Below, one piece after another: positions 35,460-47,711 of a stretch of DNA of 64,000 nt. The DNA lies in assembly GCF_046119375.1 (NCBI RefSeq), contig NW_027362762.1, positions 67,146,001 through 67,210,000 on the forward strand. The letters run 5' to 3'. Under the pieces are notes generated by a model. That model made no database searches. It was not told the origin of the DNA and worked only from the letters and a program-made list of their open reading frames with translations. The stretch comes from Phyllobates terribilis. Lineage: Eukaryota. A program made the position numbers and the translations under genes. Position 1 is the first letter of the stretch. Every line of letters starts with the position of its first letter.

Positions 35460-38400
35460 TAGAGATGAGCGGTGTTCGACTTGAACTGTTCGCCAATCTC
35501 AAATTCGAGCTGTTTTGGGCGGTGTTCGAGTTGTTCGACGAACCCGAACGATTTGCAAAAAATTCGGCTGTTCGAGGTTATGTTCGATAACTGTTCGTGC
35601 ACCAAAAGCGTGTCCTGCATGTCTGGCGCTATTTAGAGCACCAATCATGCAGGGATTGTCTGCCACTCACTGTAATGCCACAGCCATGGTGGTTGTGGCA
35701 TTACAGTGATTGCCCAAATCGATGGGAACAGTGCCAACAGTGAAACATGAAAAGCCGGCAATTCAGCAGCGGCATACACCTGTACCCGACAATTTAGAAC
35801 CGAAAGAATAGAGCTTCACACATAGATTAGATAGATATAAACATGTCAGCCACATATATACGAAGTACAGTGAAAGTGCTGCTTACTGTACTTGTCATTT
35901 AGCGTAAAGGATTTATCAAAAAAAATAATAGTGTTTTCATGCACCATCTCTTTAAAAAAGCCGGCCGGCAATTCAGCAGCGGTACCCGACAATTTAGAAT
36001 AGAAGGAATAGAGAATCACACATAGATTAGATAGATAGAAACATGTCAGTCACATATATAAGAAGTACAGTGACAGTGTTGCTTACTGTACTTGTCATTT
36101 AGCGTAAAGGATTTATCAAAAAAAATAATAGTGTTTTCATGCACCGTCTCTTTAAAAAAGCCAGCCGGCAATTCAGCATCTGTACCCGACAATTTATAAC
36201 AGACAGAATAGAGCTTCACACATAGATTAGATAGATAGAAACATGTCAGTCACATATATATGAAGTACAGTGATAGTGTTGGTTACTGTACTTGTCATTT
36301 AGTATTAAAATAAAGGATTTATTATTAAAAAAATTGGCGTGGGGTTCCCCTTAATTTTAGGCTCTAGCGGAGGTTAAGCAGACGGCTGGGGCAGATGTTT
36401 GAAGCCTGGGAAGGGGGTAATACCCACGGAGCTTCCCAGGCTACTAATATCAGCCCCCAGCTGAATACATAGCCTTTACTAGCTATTAAAATGGGGGACC
36501 CCCCAAAAGAAATGACGTGGGGTCCCCCCTAATTTAATAGCTAGCAAAGGCTAGGCAGACAGCTGGGGGCTGATATTAATAGCCCAGGAAGGGAGCCATG
36601 AATATTGGCCCCCTCCCAGGCTAGAAACACCAGCCGTCAGCCGCCCCAGAAATGGCGCATTCATAGGATGCGCCAATTCTGGCACTTAGCCTCGCTCTTC
36701 CACGCTGCCCTGGTGCGGTGGCAGGGGGTAATAGGGTTGGGGTTGATGTCAGCTTATAATGCCAGCTGACATCAAGCCCAGGTTAGTAATGGAGAGGCGT
36801 CTATAAGACACCCCCATTACTAACCCCATAGTCAAAGTTAAAAAAAACACAAACACCCAGAATAAAGTCCTTTAATTGAAATAAAGACACAATCCTTTAT
36901 TGTTCTAAATTAAACCATACTTACCGTCACGCCCATTCCAGCTGAAGCCAACGATCTCCTGCAATAAAAGAAAAATAATAAAGCAACCTCATCCTTACCT
37001 TTCCATGGTTCCCACGACAGCTTCAGCTCTGCTACATCGAGATGACAGGCTGGACCGCAGCAGAACGCTGCCATCCAGCCTCTCATCCCGCAGACACTGA
37101 GAAGCGCAGGCTTGCTTGCGCTGCTCAGCGTCTCTCTGTGACGACATCCAGATGAGCCGAGTTCATGTCCAATGAACTCGGCTCACCTCATGCACGTCAC
37201 TGACAGCGTGGGAAAATTCTCAAGCTGAAGCGGTGAGTGCAGGAGAATTCTCCCACGCTGTCAGTGACGTGCAGGAGGTGAGCTGAGTTCATTGGACATG
37301 AGCTCACCTTATGCACGTCACTGACAGCGTGGGAGAATTCTCCTGCACTCAGCGCTTCAGCGTGAGAATTCTCCCGCTGAAGCGCTGAGTGCAGGAGAAT
37401 TTTCCCACGCTGTCAGTGACGTGCATAAGGTGAGCTCATGTCCAATGAACTCAGCTCACCTCCTGCACGTCACTGACAGCGTGGGAGGATTCTCCTGCAC
37501 TCAGCGCTTCAGTGTGAGAATTCTCCCACGCTGAAGCGCTGAGTGCAGGAGAATTTTCCCACGCTGTCAGTGACGTGCATGAGGTGAGCCGAGTTCATTG
37601 GACATTAACTCGGCTCATCTGGATGCCCTCACAGAGAGACACTGTGGAGCGCAAGCAAGCCTGCGCTTCTCAGTGTCTGCGCGATGACAGGCTGGATGGC
37701 AGCGTTCTGCTGCGGTCCAGCCTGTCATCTCGATGTAGCAGAGCTGAAGCTGTCATGGGAACCATGGAAAGGTAAGGATGATGTTGCTTTATTATTTTTC
37801 TTTTATTTCAGGAGATCGTTGGCTTCAGCTGGAATGGGCGTGATGGTAAGTATGGTTTAATTTAGAACAATAAAGAATTGTGTGTTTATTTCAATTAAAG
37901 GACTTTTTTCTGGGTGTTGTGTTTTTTTTAAATACTTTACTAGAAATTCATGGTGGTCATGTCTAATATTGGCGTGACCCCATGAATTTCGGGCTTAGGG
38001 CCAGCTGATAATGCCAAGCTGGCCCTAACCCCTTTATTACCCAGTGAGCCACCGCATCAGGGCCCTGGATGAGTTGGGTACAGCGCCAGAAGATGGCGCT
38101 TCTATGAACGCGCCATTTTCCGGGGTGGCTGCGGACTGCAATTTGCAGCGGGGGTGGCCCAGAAAGCTTGGGCCTCCCTGCGCTGCGGATTCCAGCCCCT
38201 AGCTGCCTAGTTGTACCTGGCTGGACACAAAAACAGGGCGAAGCCCCACGTCAATTTTCTTTAAATTATTTCATGAAATAATTAAGAAAAAAAGGGCTTC
38301 CCTATATTGTTGTGTCCGGCCAGGTACAAATAGGCAGCTGGTGGTTGGGGGCAGCCCGTTCCTGCCTGCTGTACCTGGCTGGACACAAATATAGTGCGAA

Positions 38401-41168
38401 GCCCCACGTCAATTTTTTTTAAATTATTTCATAAATTTCCTGAAATAATTTAAAAAAATTGAAGTGGGGCTTCGCACTATATTTGTGTCCAGCCAGGTAC
38501 AGCAGGCAGGAACGGGCTGCCCCCATCCACCAGCTGCCTATTTGTACCTGGCCGGACACAACAATATAGGGAAGCCCTTTTTTTCTTAATTATTTCATGA
38601 ATTTCATGAAATAATTTAAAAAAAAGTACGTGGGGCTTCGCCCTATTTTTGTGTCCAGCCAGGTACAACTAGGCAGCTGGGGGCTGGAATCTGCAGCGCA
38701 GGGAGGCCCAAGCTTTCTGGGCCCCCCCCCCGCTACAAATTGCAGTCCGCAGCCACCCCGGAAAATGGCGCGTTCATAGAAGCGCCATCTTCTGGCGCTG
38801 TACCCAACTCATCCAGGGCCCTGGTGCGGTGGCTCACTGGGTAATAAAGGGGTTAGGGCCAGCTTGGTATTATCAGCTGGCCCCAAGCCCAAAATTCATG
38901 GGGTCACGCCAGTATTAGACATGACCGCCATGAATTTCTAGTACAGTATTTAAAAAAAACACAACACCCAGAATAAAGTCCTTTAATTGAAATAAAGACA
39001 CAATTCTTTATTGTTCTAAATTAAACCATACTTACCATCACACCCATTCCAGCTGAAGCCAACGATCTCCTGCAATAAAAGAAAAATAATAAACCAACCT
39101 CATCCTTACCTTTCCATGGTTCCCACGACAGCTTCAGCTCTGCTACATCGAGATGACTGGCTGGACCGCAGCAGAACGCTGCCATCCAGTCTGTCATCCC
39201 GCAGACACTGAGAAGCGCACGCATGCTTGCGCTCCTCACTGTCTCGCTGTGACGGCATCCAGATGAGCCGAGGTCATGTCCAATGAACTCGGCTCACCTC
39301 ATGCACGTCACTGACAGCGTGGGAAAATTCTCACGCTGAAGTGCTGAGTGCAGGAGAATTCTCCCACGCTGTCAGTGATGTGCATGAGGTGAGCTCATGT
39401 CCAATGAACTCAGCTCACCTCCTGCACGTCACTGACAGCGTGGGAAAATTCTCCTGCAATCAGCGCTTCAGCGTGAGAATTTTCCCACGCTGTCAGTAGC
39501 GTGCATGAGGTGAGCCGAGTTCATTGGACATGAACTCGGCTCATCTGGATGTCGTCACAGAGAGACGCTGAGCAGCGGAAGCAAGCCTGCGCTTCTCAGT
39601 GTCTGCGGGATGACAGGCTGGATGGCAGCGTTCTGCTGCGGTCCAGCCTGTCATCTCGATGTAGCAGAGCTGAAGCTGTCGTGGGAACCATGGAAAGGTA
39701 AGGATGAGGTTGCTTTATTATTTTTCTTTTATTGCAGGAGATCGTTGGCTTCAGCTGGAATGGGCGTGATGGTAAGTATGGTTTAATTTAGAACAATAAA
39801 GGATTGTGTCTTTATTTCAATTAAAGGACTTTATTCTGGGTGTTTGTGTTTTTTTTAACTTTGACTATGGGGTTAGTAATGGGGGTGTCTTATAGACGCC
39901 TCTCCATTACTAACCTGGGCTTGATGTCAGCTGGCATTATAAGCTGACATCAACCCCAACCCTATTACCCCCTGCCACCGCACCAGGGCAGCGTGGAAGA
40001 GCGAGGCTAAGTGCCAGAATTGGCGCATCCTATGAATGCGCCATTTCTGGGGCGGCTGACGGCTGGTGTTTCTAGCCTGGGAGGGGGCCAATATTCATGG
40101 CTCCCTTCCTGGGCTATTAATATCAGCCCCCAGCTGTCTGCCTAGCCTTTGCTAGCTATTAAATTAGGGGGGACCCCACGTCATTTTTTTGGGGGGTCCC
40201 CCATTTTAATAGCTAGTAAAGGCTATGTATTCAGCTGGGGGCTGATATTAGTAGCCTGGGAAGCTCCGTGGGTATTACCCCCTTCCCAGGCTTCAAACAT
40301 CTGCCCCAGCCGTCTGCTTAACCTCCGCTAGAGCCTAAAATTAAGGGGAACCCCACGCCAATTTTTTTAATAATAAATCCTTTATTTTAATACTAAATGA
40401 CAAGTACAGTAACCAACACTATCACTGTACTTCATATATATGTGACTGACATGTTTCTATCTATCTAATCTATGTGTGATGCTCTATCTTTCTGTTCTAA
40501 ATTGTCGGGTACCGCTGCTGAATTGCCGGCCGGCTTTTTTAAAGAGACAGTGCATGAAAACACTATTATTTTTTTAAATAAATCCTTTGCACTAAATGAC
40601 AAGTACAGTAAGCAACACTATCACTGTACTTATTATATATGTGACTGACATGTTTCTATCTATCTAATCTATGTGTGCAGCTCTATTCTTTCTGTTCTAA
40701 ATTGTCGGGTACAGATGCTGAATTGCCGGCCGGCTTTTTTAAAGAGACGGTGCATGAAAACACTAATATTTTTTTAAATAAATCCTTTACACTAAATGAC
40801 AAGTGCAATAACCAACACTGTCACTGTTCTTCTTATATGTGTGACTGACATGTTTCTATCTATCTAATCTATGTGTGATGCTCTATTCCTTCTTGTCTAA
40901 ATTGTCGGGTACCGGTGTATGCCGCTGCTGAATTTGCCGGCCGGCTTTTTTAAAGAGAGTGTCTTCTGAGCAGTTTGTCAGCTTTTGGACACCTTTGCAG
41001 GTGTTTTCTATGTGTTTCTATGTGTTTTTGTTTGCCTGCCATTGGTTTTAACGGTGTTCGACGGTGTTCTAAGGTGTTCGACGAACAGTTCGACGAACAG
41101 TTCCTCGAACATCCCGGTGTTCGACGAACCGAACCGAACCCGAACACTACGGGGGTGGCTCAACACTA
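35460..41168 (+). mobile_element. Non-autonomous hAT with the same termini as hAT B, inserted antisense into the transposase
   Basis: TAGAGATGAGCGG...GGCTCAACACTA; perfect TSD ATCGTCAG at 35452-35459 and 41169-41176; ~145 bp and ~200 bp of the two ends match 44663 and 29284. Confidence 0.95.
35750..40965. repeat. Giant inverted repeat (arms ~2.5-2.7 kb, centre ~38436) with nested palindromes
   Basis: Order R3-C-A-x-A'-B | B'-A-x'-A'-C'-R3'; centre GCCCCACGTCAATTTTTTTTAAATTATTTCA...TGAAATAATTTAAAAAAATTGAAGTGGGGC. Confidence 0.95.
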
Positions 41169-42967
41169 ATCGTCAGCACTAAACATCTTCGTCGCCATTT
41201 CAAAACTGTGCAGAAGGGTGCATAGGTCCCTGATCTGAGACCACTCCTCCAGCGTGATTTGCCCCACCTCTGGATCTCGTTGGCCCAGGCTATACGTCAG
41301 AACGTATTGCACCAGGGCTTGTCGGTGCTGCCACAGTCGCTGCAACATGTGCAGAGTTGAATTCCACCGGGTAGGCACATCGCATTTTAGCCGGTGAAGT
41401 GGCAGGCCCAACGACTTCTGTAGAGATGTAAGTCGCTGAGCTGCGGGATGCGAACGGCGGAAGTGAGCACACAGCGACCGTGCCCTCTGCAGAAGGCCAT
41501 CTAGTCCGGGATAGTGGGCTAAAAATTGCTGGACAACAGGTTCAACATGTGAGCCATACAAGGCACGTGTGTGACATTGCCCCGGCGAAGGGCCGCACCC
41601 AGGTTTGCAGCATTGTCGCACACGGCCTTCCCTGGTTTCAGGTCCAGTGGAGACAACCATTCATGAAACTGGTTCTCCAGAGCTGACCACAACTCCTCAG
41701 CTGTGTGACTCACATTTCCCAGACATTTCAAAGTAAAAACCACCTGATGACGTTGAGCCCTGCTGCCAGCATAGTAAGGAGGTGTGCAGGATCCCTTCTG
41801 CGCAATTAGAAAGCTTGTGGCATGACCAAACAGGCTTTGGGTGCAGGTGGAGGACCGAGAGGAGGTTGAGGAGGCAGAAGCAGTGGAAGAACTTCAAGAT
41901 AAAGAGGATTGACGCACAACTCGTGGGGACGGCAAGACTTGGACAGCAGCCCCTTGTCCTGCTGTCACCATAGTTACCCAGTGCCCAGTCAGCAACATGT
42001 AACGCCCCTGTCCATGCCTACTCGTCCAAGTGTCTGTGGTGAAATGCACCCTGTCACACACAGAATTTCTCAAAGAAGCGGTGATGTTGTGTGCGACATG
42101 CTGGTGGAGCGCAGGCACACCTTTCTTTGAGAAGTAGTGCCGACTGGGCATCTGGTACTGGGGCACTGCGACGGACATAAGGTCTCTAAAATCCTCTGTG
42201 TCCACCAGGCGGAAAGGCAGCATTTCTGTAGCCAAGAGCTTGCAGATGGTGAAATTCAACCTCTTAGCTTTCTCATGGTTAGGAGGAAATGGTCTTTTAC
42301 TTGTCCACATCTAAGGGACCGAGGGCTGGCTGTTGTGCTTAGACGGCGTTGAGAAGGGTGTCCCCGGCAAACTGCCGGTCTGTGAGGAAGATGCAGGTGG
42401 ACATGTTAGGTTGCCTTGATCCAAAGGTGGTTCTGTAGATGTCGGACAGCGCTGAACACCAGCTGGTGTTTCCACCTCCAAAGAAAATGATGACCAGCCA
42501 ATCACGCTGGCTGTTGCGGGTAAAGAGGAGGCAGGTGTGCATCCCAAAACAGGTGTGACTGCTGTCCCCCCAGTCACAGAGGATGAAGAGGCCGCGGGTG
42601 CACAAGATATGGCAGACGGTGGTTGGCCCGGCCGGCTAGGCCGCATTGTAGCACAGTGAGCTTCCCACTGCAACTTATGCTTCATATCCATGTGCCGGTT
42701 GATGCATGAAGTACTCAAACTATGCATTTTTTGGCCTCTACTTAGCTTTTGCTGACAAATGTTACAGATAACACGAGTTGGGTCATCCTTATCGATCTGG
42801 AAAAATGCCCAGGCTATGCAAGGCTTAGCACCCATGCGACCTGAAGAGCCACCACGACTTGTGGTCAGAGGCAGAGTTGTGTTTGAGGATGCAGTTGTTG
42901 ACGTGCTTCCAGTACTACGTCTCTGTCCAGGAAGGCGCAACCTGACCTCGTCGTCACTAGCATCCTA

Positions 42968-43745
42968 CTAATAGAACAAGTCCCACACACTGCTACAAGC
43001 CCAAATATTTTTTCAGAGCTAGATGCAGATAAAAATTATTTTGAATTTGCAACCTGGTGGAGGTTAGTATAGATGGACTAATAGAACAAGTCCCACACAC
43101 TGCTACAAGCCCAAATATTTTTTCAGAGCTAGATGCAGATAAAAATTATTTTAAATTTGCAACCTTGTGGAGGTTAGTATAGATGGACTAATAGAACAAG
43201 TCCCACACACTGCTACAAGCCCAAATATTTTTTCAGAGCTAGATGCAGATAAAAATTATTTTGAATTTGCAACCTGGTGGAGGTTAGTATAGATGGACTA
43301 ATAGAACAAGTCCCACACACTGCTACAAGCCCAAATATTTTTTCAGAGCTAGATGCAGATAAAAATTATTTTGAATTTGCAACCTGGTGGAGGTTAGTAT
43401 AGATGGACTAATAGAACATGTCCCACACACTGCTACAAGCCCAAATATTTTTTCAGAGCTAGATTCAGATAAAAATTATTTTGAATTTGCAATCTGGTGC
43501 AGGTTAGTATAGATGGACTAATAGAACAAGTCCCACACACTGCTACAAGCCCAAATATTTTTTCAGAGCTAGATGCAGATAAAAATTATTTTGAATTTGC
43601 AACCTGGTGGAGGTTAGTATAGATGGACTAATAGAACAAGTTCTACACACTGCTACAAGCCCAAATATTTTTCAGAGCTAGATGCAGATAAAAATTATTT
43701 TGAATTTGCAACCTGGTGGAGGTTAGTATAGATGGACTAATAGAA
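42968..43745. repeat. 110-bp tandem array, 7 copies, 5' of hAT B transposase
   Basis: ATAGAACAAG-type unit start at 42971, 43081, 43191, 43301, 43411, 43521, 43631. Confidence 0.95.
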
Positions 43746-44799
43746 TGATGCTATGCCCAAAATGTTTTACTTGGCTAGGTGCAGTAAAAAAATTTGTATT
43801 CTATACACAGGTGGTGTAGCTTGCAACACAGATAGGCTACTCCACTGACTAACACACACTGCAAGAGGCCAAAAAGGATTTGCTTAGCTAGATTTAGCCA
43901 AATGCTGTGAAAAAAATTTGCACAGCACTGGCACAGACCTGCCTGGCAAAAAGTGATAGGAACTGATGTAACCTAGCCCTCAAAAGGACTGCAATTACAA
44001 TTAGTCCCTACTCCCAACCTATCTATTTAAGAGCACAGACCTGCCTGATAAAAGTGATAGGAAATGATGTAACCTAGTCCTTAAAAGGACTGCAATCACA
44101 ACTATTCCCTACTCCCAAGCTATCTGTAGATTTGTGCAAAAATTGGCTTGAAATTAACACTCAAAGTATAGCGCACACAGCAACAGCGGTGCCGTCTAAC
44201 ACGCAGCTGCAGCAGTGAGAAAATGGTGGCTACGTGGAAAATGGCTGGGTCTTATAGGGCAAGGACATGTGACATACACTGCCAATGACACATGCCCTTG
44301 CTTGTGTGAAAAAAAGCAGTTCGCTCCGTGTGTGCGCTGCTGATAGGCTGACAGATTGCACCTCCCCACTGTAAATGCGGGAAAGAGAAAAAAAAATGGA
44401 GATCTTCATTGTTCCTGCAGAGATCCATCCCCTGCCCCTCCCCCCACCCCGCTGTACACTCAAACTGCGTATTAACATTAATTTTCAGCATTACTGAGAA
44501 AAAATCCAGTTATGATTTTGGTGCACGAACAGTTATCGAACATAACCTCGAACAGGCGGATTTTTTTCAAATCGTTCGGGTTCGTCGAACGGCTCGAACA
44601 CCGCCCAAAACAGCTCGAATTTGAGATTGGCGAACAGTTCGAGTCGAACACCGCTCATCTCTATTCCTAAGAAACTTCATTCATAATTGGCCATTGTAAA
44701 TGGACTATAACTAAAGAAGGTCATAGAATCATAGAATGGTAGAGTTGGAAGGGACCTCCTGGGTCATCTGGTCCAACCCCCTGCTCAAAGCAGGATTCA

Positions 44800-47589
44800 C
44801 TAGATCATCTCAGACAGATGTCTGTCCAGCCTCTGTTTGAAGACGTCCATTGAAGGGGAACTCACCACCTCTCGTGGCAGCCTGTTCCACTCATTAATCA
44901 CCCTAACTGTCAAAAAGTTTTTTCTAATATCTAATCTGTGTCTCCTCCCATTTAGTTTCATCCCATTGCTTCTAGTCTTTCCTTGTGCAAATGAGAATAA
45001 AGATGATCCTTCTACAATGTGACAGCCCTTGACATATTTGTAGACAGCTATTAAGTCTCCTCTCAGTCTTCTTTTTTGCAAGCTAAACATTCCCAAATCC
45101 TGCAACCGTTCCTCATAGGACATGGTTTGCAGACCAGTCACCATTCTGGTCGCTCTTCTCTGAACTTGCTCCAGTTTGTCTATGTCTTTTTTAAAATGTG
45201 GTGCCCAAAACTGTACACAGTATTCCAGATGAGGTCTGACCAAAGAGGAGTAAAGACCGATAATGACTTCACGTGATCTAGACTGTATGCTTCTGTTAAT
45301 ACATCCCAGAATTGTATTTGCCTTTTTTGCTGCTGCATCACACTGTTGACTCATGTTCAGTCTATGATCTATTAGTATACCTAAGTCTTTTTCACATGTA
45401 CTGTTGCTTAGCTCTATTCCTCCCATTCTGTATATGCTTTTTTCATTTTTATTGCCCAGATGTAGTACTTTGCATTTTTCCCTGTTAAAAACCATTCTGT
45501 TGGTTGCTGCCCACTGCTCCAGTTTATTTAGGTCTTTTTGAATCCTCTCTCTCTCTTCTCTAGTATTAGCTATCCCTCCTAGCTTTGTGTCATCAGCAAA
45601 TTTAATCAGTTTACCCTCAATTCCTTCATCTAAATCATTGATAAAGATGTTGAACAATACAGGTCCCAGGACGGAGCCCTGTGATACCCCACTTGAGACA
45701 TTCATCCAGCTGGATGTGAAGCCATTTACAACCACCCTTTGAGTCCGATCACTAAGCCAGTTATGAATCCACCTAACAGTTGCCTGGTCCATTGCATACT
45801 TGGTCATTTTTTCAATAAGGATGGTGTGAGATACTTTGTCAAATGCTTTGCTGAAGTCAAGATATACTATATCTACAGCATTTCCCTGATCCACCCAGTC
45901 AGTGATTCTGTCATAGAAGGAAATTAAGTTAGTCTGACATGACTTGTTAGTTACAAACCCATGCTGACTCTGGTTAATCACTTCATTCTTATCCATGTAC
46001 TTACATACATGTTGTTTAATAATTTGTTCAAAGATCTTTCCTGGTATAGAAGTCAGACTCACTGGCCTATAGTTCCCAGGGTCCACCTTCTTCCCCTTTT
46101 TGAAGATAGGAACAACATTTGCTCTTCTCCAGTCTTCTGGGACTTCTCCTGTTCTCCAAGAATTTTCAAAGATTATGGAGAGTGGTTCTAAAATTTCTTC
46201 TACGATCTCCTTCAGTACTCTGGGGTGTAATTCATCTGGACCTGGAGACTTGAACTCATTTATGTTAGCTAAATATTCCCTCACAATCTTTCTGTTTACA
46301 GATAACTTGGATTCCTCTATTCCTTTAAAAGGACAGTGAAGATCAGTTGATGTTACATTTTCTTTCTGAGAGAAAACAGATGCAAAATAGGAATTAAAAA
46401 GTTCGGCCTTCTCAACATCCTCTCTTACCATTTCTCCATTTTCATCCTGTAAAAATCCTATAGCATCTTTGACTTTTCTTTTACTTTTGACATACCCCCA
46501 AAATCCTTTTTTATTGCTTTTGACATCTCTTGCAAGCCTTAATTCATTGTCAGCTTTAGCTAACCTGATACGTGCCCTGCAGGATCTGCAGACTGCATTA
46601 TAATCTTCTTTAGATATGCCTCCCTCTTTCCATTTAATAAACATTTCTTTCTTTCTTTTTAGCATGTGTTTAAGTTCTGTGTTCATCCATCCTGGTTTCC
46701 TTAAATGCTTCCCATTCTTCCTACTTTTCGGGATTGTTAACGATTGTGCTTTGAGAATCTCATTTTTAAAAATTTCCCATCCTTCCTGGACATTTTTGTC
46801 CTTAAGGACATCCAGCCATTGGATCCCTCCTATTCTCTTTCTGAGTCTCTTAAAATCTGCCTTTCTAAAATCTAACCTTGAAGTTTGAGTCTTCACATGT
46901 CTTCCTCCTCTAGTTATCCAAAATTCTATAATAGCATGATCGCTGCCTCCTAGGGTCCCAGCCACCTTTACCTCCTCAACCATTTCCTCCCTGTTTATAA
47001 GGATTAGATCCAAAGTAGCAGATCCCCTTGTTTTCTCCCCTACCTTTTGGAAGATAAAGTTGTCAGCAAGAGAGGATAAGAATTTGCTTGACCTGTTAGT
47101 TTTACTTGAGAGAGATTCCCAACAAATGTCTGGATAGTTGAAATCTCCCATGACCACTACGTCATATTTTTTGGAGAACTTGGTCATTTGATACATAAAG
47201 AGTTCATCCATATCTTCAGCTTGCCCAGGTGGCCTGTAGTAAATGCCTACAATGGTGTCCTTTCCGTTGTTCTCTCCTTGTATTCTTACCCAAACAGTTT
47301 CCACAGAACTCCCAGTCTCTGAAGCTTCAATCTCTGTGCAGATATACGCTTTTCTAACATACAATGCAACACCTCCTCCTCGTTTATCAAGTCTGTTTCT
47401 TGCAAATAAGTTGTATCCTTTTAGCCTTTTATTCCAATCATGTGTATCGTCCCACCAAGTTTCAGCGATTCCAATGACATCATATTCCTTTTCCTGCATT
47501 AGTAGTTCCAATTCTCCTTGTTTGTTGCCCATGCTTTGTGCATTTGTATAAAAACATTTTAGTTTGTGATTGGTTTCTCTTCCTCCCAT
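44800..47589 (-). CDS. CR1 ORF2 (APE endonuclease plus reverse transcriptase), 929 aa, uninterrupted
   Basis: CFYTNAQSMGNK, VVVMGDFNYPDICW, GGSDHAIIEF, YLDFSKAFDKVSH, VSQGSVLGP, FADDTKLGG, RLDIRKNFLTVRV. Confidence 0.95.
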   Translation of the reverse strand: MGGRETNHKLKCFYTNAQSMGNKQGELELLMQEKEYDVIGIAETWWDDTHDWNKRLKGYNLFARNRLDKRGGGVALYVRKAYICTEIEASETGSSVETVWVRIQGENNGKDTIVGIYYRPPGQAEDMDELFMYQMTKFSKKYDVVVMGDFNYPDICWESLSSKTNRSSKFLSSLADNFIFQKVGEKTRGSATLDLILINREEMVEEVKVAGTLGGSDHAIIEFWITRGGRHVKTQTSRLDFRKADFKRLRKRIGGIQWLDVLKDKNVQEGWEIFKNEILKAQSLTIPKSRKNGKHLRKPGWMNTELKHMLKRKKEMFIKWKEGGISKEDYNAVCRSCRARIRLAKADNELRLARDVKSNKKGFWGYVKSKRKVKDAIGFLQDENGEMVREDVEKAELFNSYFASVFSQKENVTSTDLHCPFKGIEESKLSVNRKIVREYLANINEFKSPGPDELHPRVLKEIVEEILEPLSIIFENSWRTGEVPEDWRRANVVPIFKKGKKVDPGNYRPVSLTSIPGKIFEQIIKQHVCKYMDKNEVINQSQHGFVTNKSCQTNLISFYDRITDWVDQGNAVDIVYLDFSKAFDKVSHTILIEKMTKYAMDQATVRWIHNWLSDRTQRVVVNGFTSSWMNVSSGVSQGSVLGPVLFNIFINDLDEGIEGKLIKFADDTKLGGIANTREERERIQKDLNKLEQWAATNRMVFNREKCKVLHLGNKNEKSIYRMGGIELSNSTCEKDLGILIDHRLNMSQQCDAAAKKANTILGCINRSIQSRSREVIIGLYSSLVRPHLEYCVQFWAPHFKKDIDKLEQVQRRATRMVTGLQTMSYEERLQDLGMFSLQKRRLRGDLIAVYKYVKGCHIVEGSSLFSFAQGKTRSNGMKLNGRRHRLDIRKNFLTVRVINEWNRLPREVVSSPSMDVFKQRLDRHLSEMI

Positions 47590-47711
47590 ATTTTTATTAT
47601 TTAAATTGTTTTGTCTTTGTTCTTCCTTTCCACTTCCAGTAGCAGAGATCTCAATAGTATTTGTCAGCTGTATGGCTTTTTCTGGCCTTTTGCTTCCCTT
47701 CCCACATTGTT

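Larger units (their letters stand above)
32968..42960 (-). pseudogene. hAT B transposase with BED finger, split by two insertions
   Basis: WAFF...CNICQQKLSRG...RHMDMKH (BED); HFTTDTWTS; PCMAHMLNL; CDVPTRWNSTLHML; SADD|AIISMTIP across the 35460-41168 insertion; CPAASVLSERVFSAAG...IKMN. Confidence 0.92.
29284..44663 (-). mobile_element. Full-span hAT element B with nested insertions
   Basis: Ends TAGTGTTGAGCC (29284) and CGCTCATCTCTA (44663); perfect 8-bp TSD TTCCTAAG at 29276-29283 and 44664-44671; minus-strand transposase inside. Confidence 0.93.

Noticed and set aside
35750-40965. Giant palindrome as a simple fold-back read artefact
   Set aside because: Arms differ by scattered substitutions and indels, both hAT termini are distinct and a perfect TSD encloses them; read-level confirmation still desirable.
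44837-47551. Plus-strand ORFs over the CR1 and antisense ORFs over Gypsy and hAT genes
   Set aside because: Shadow frames of real TE coding sequence.
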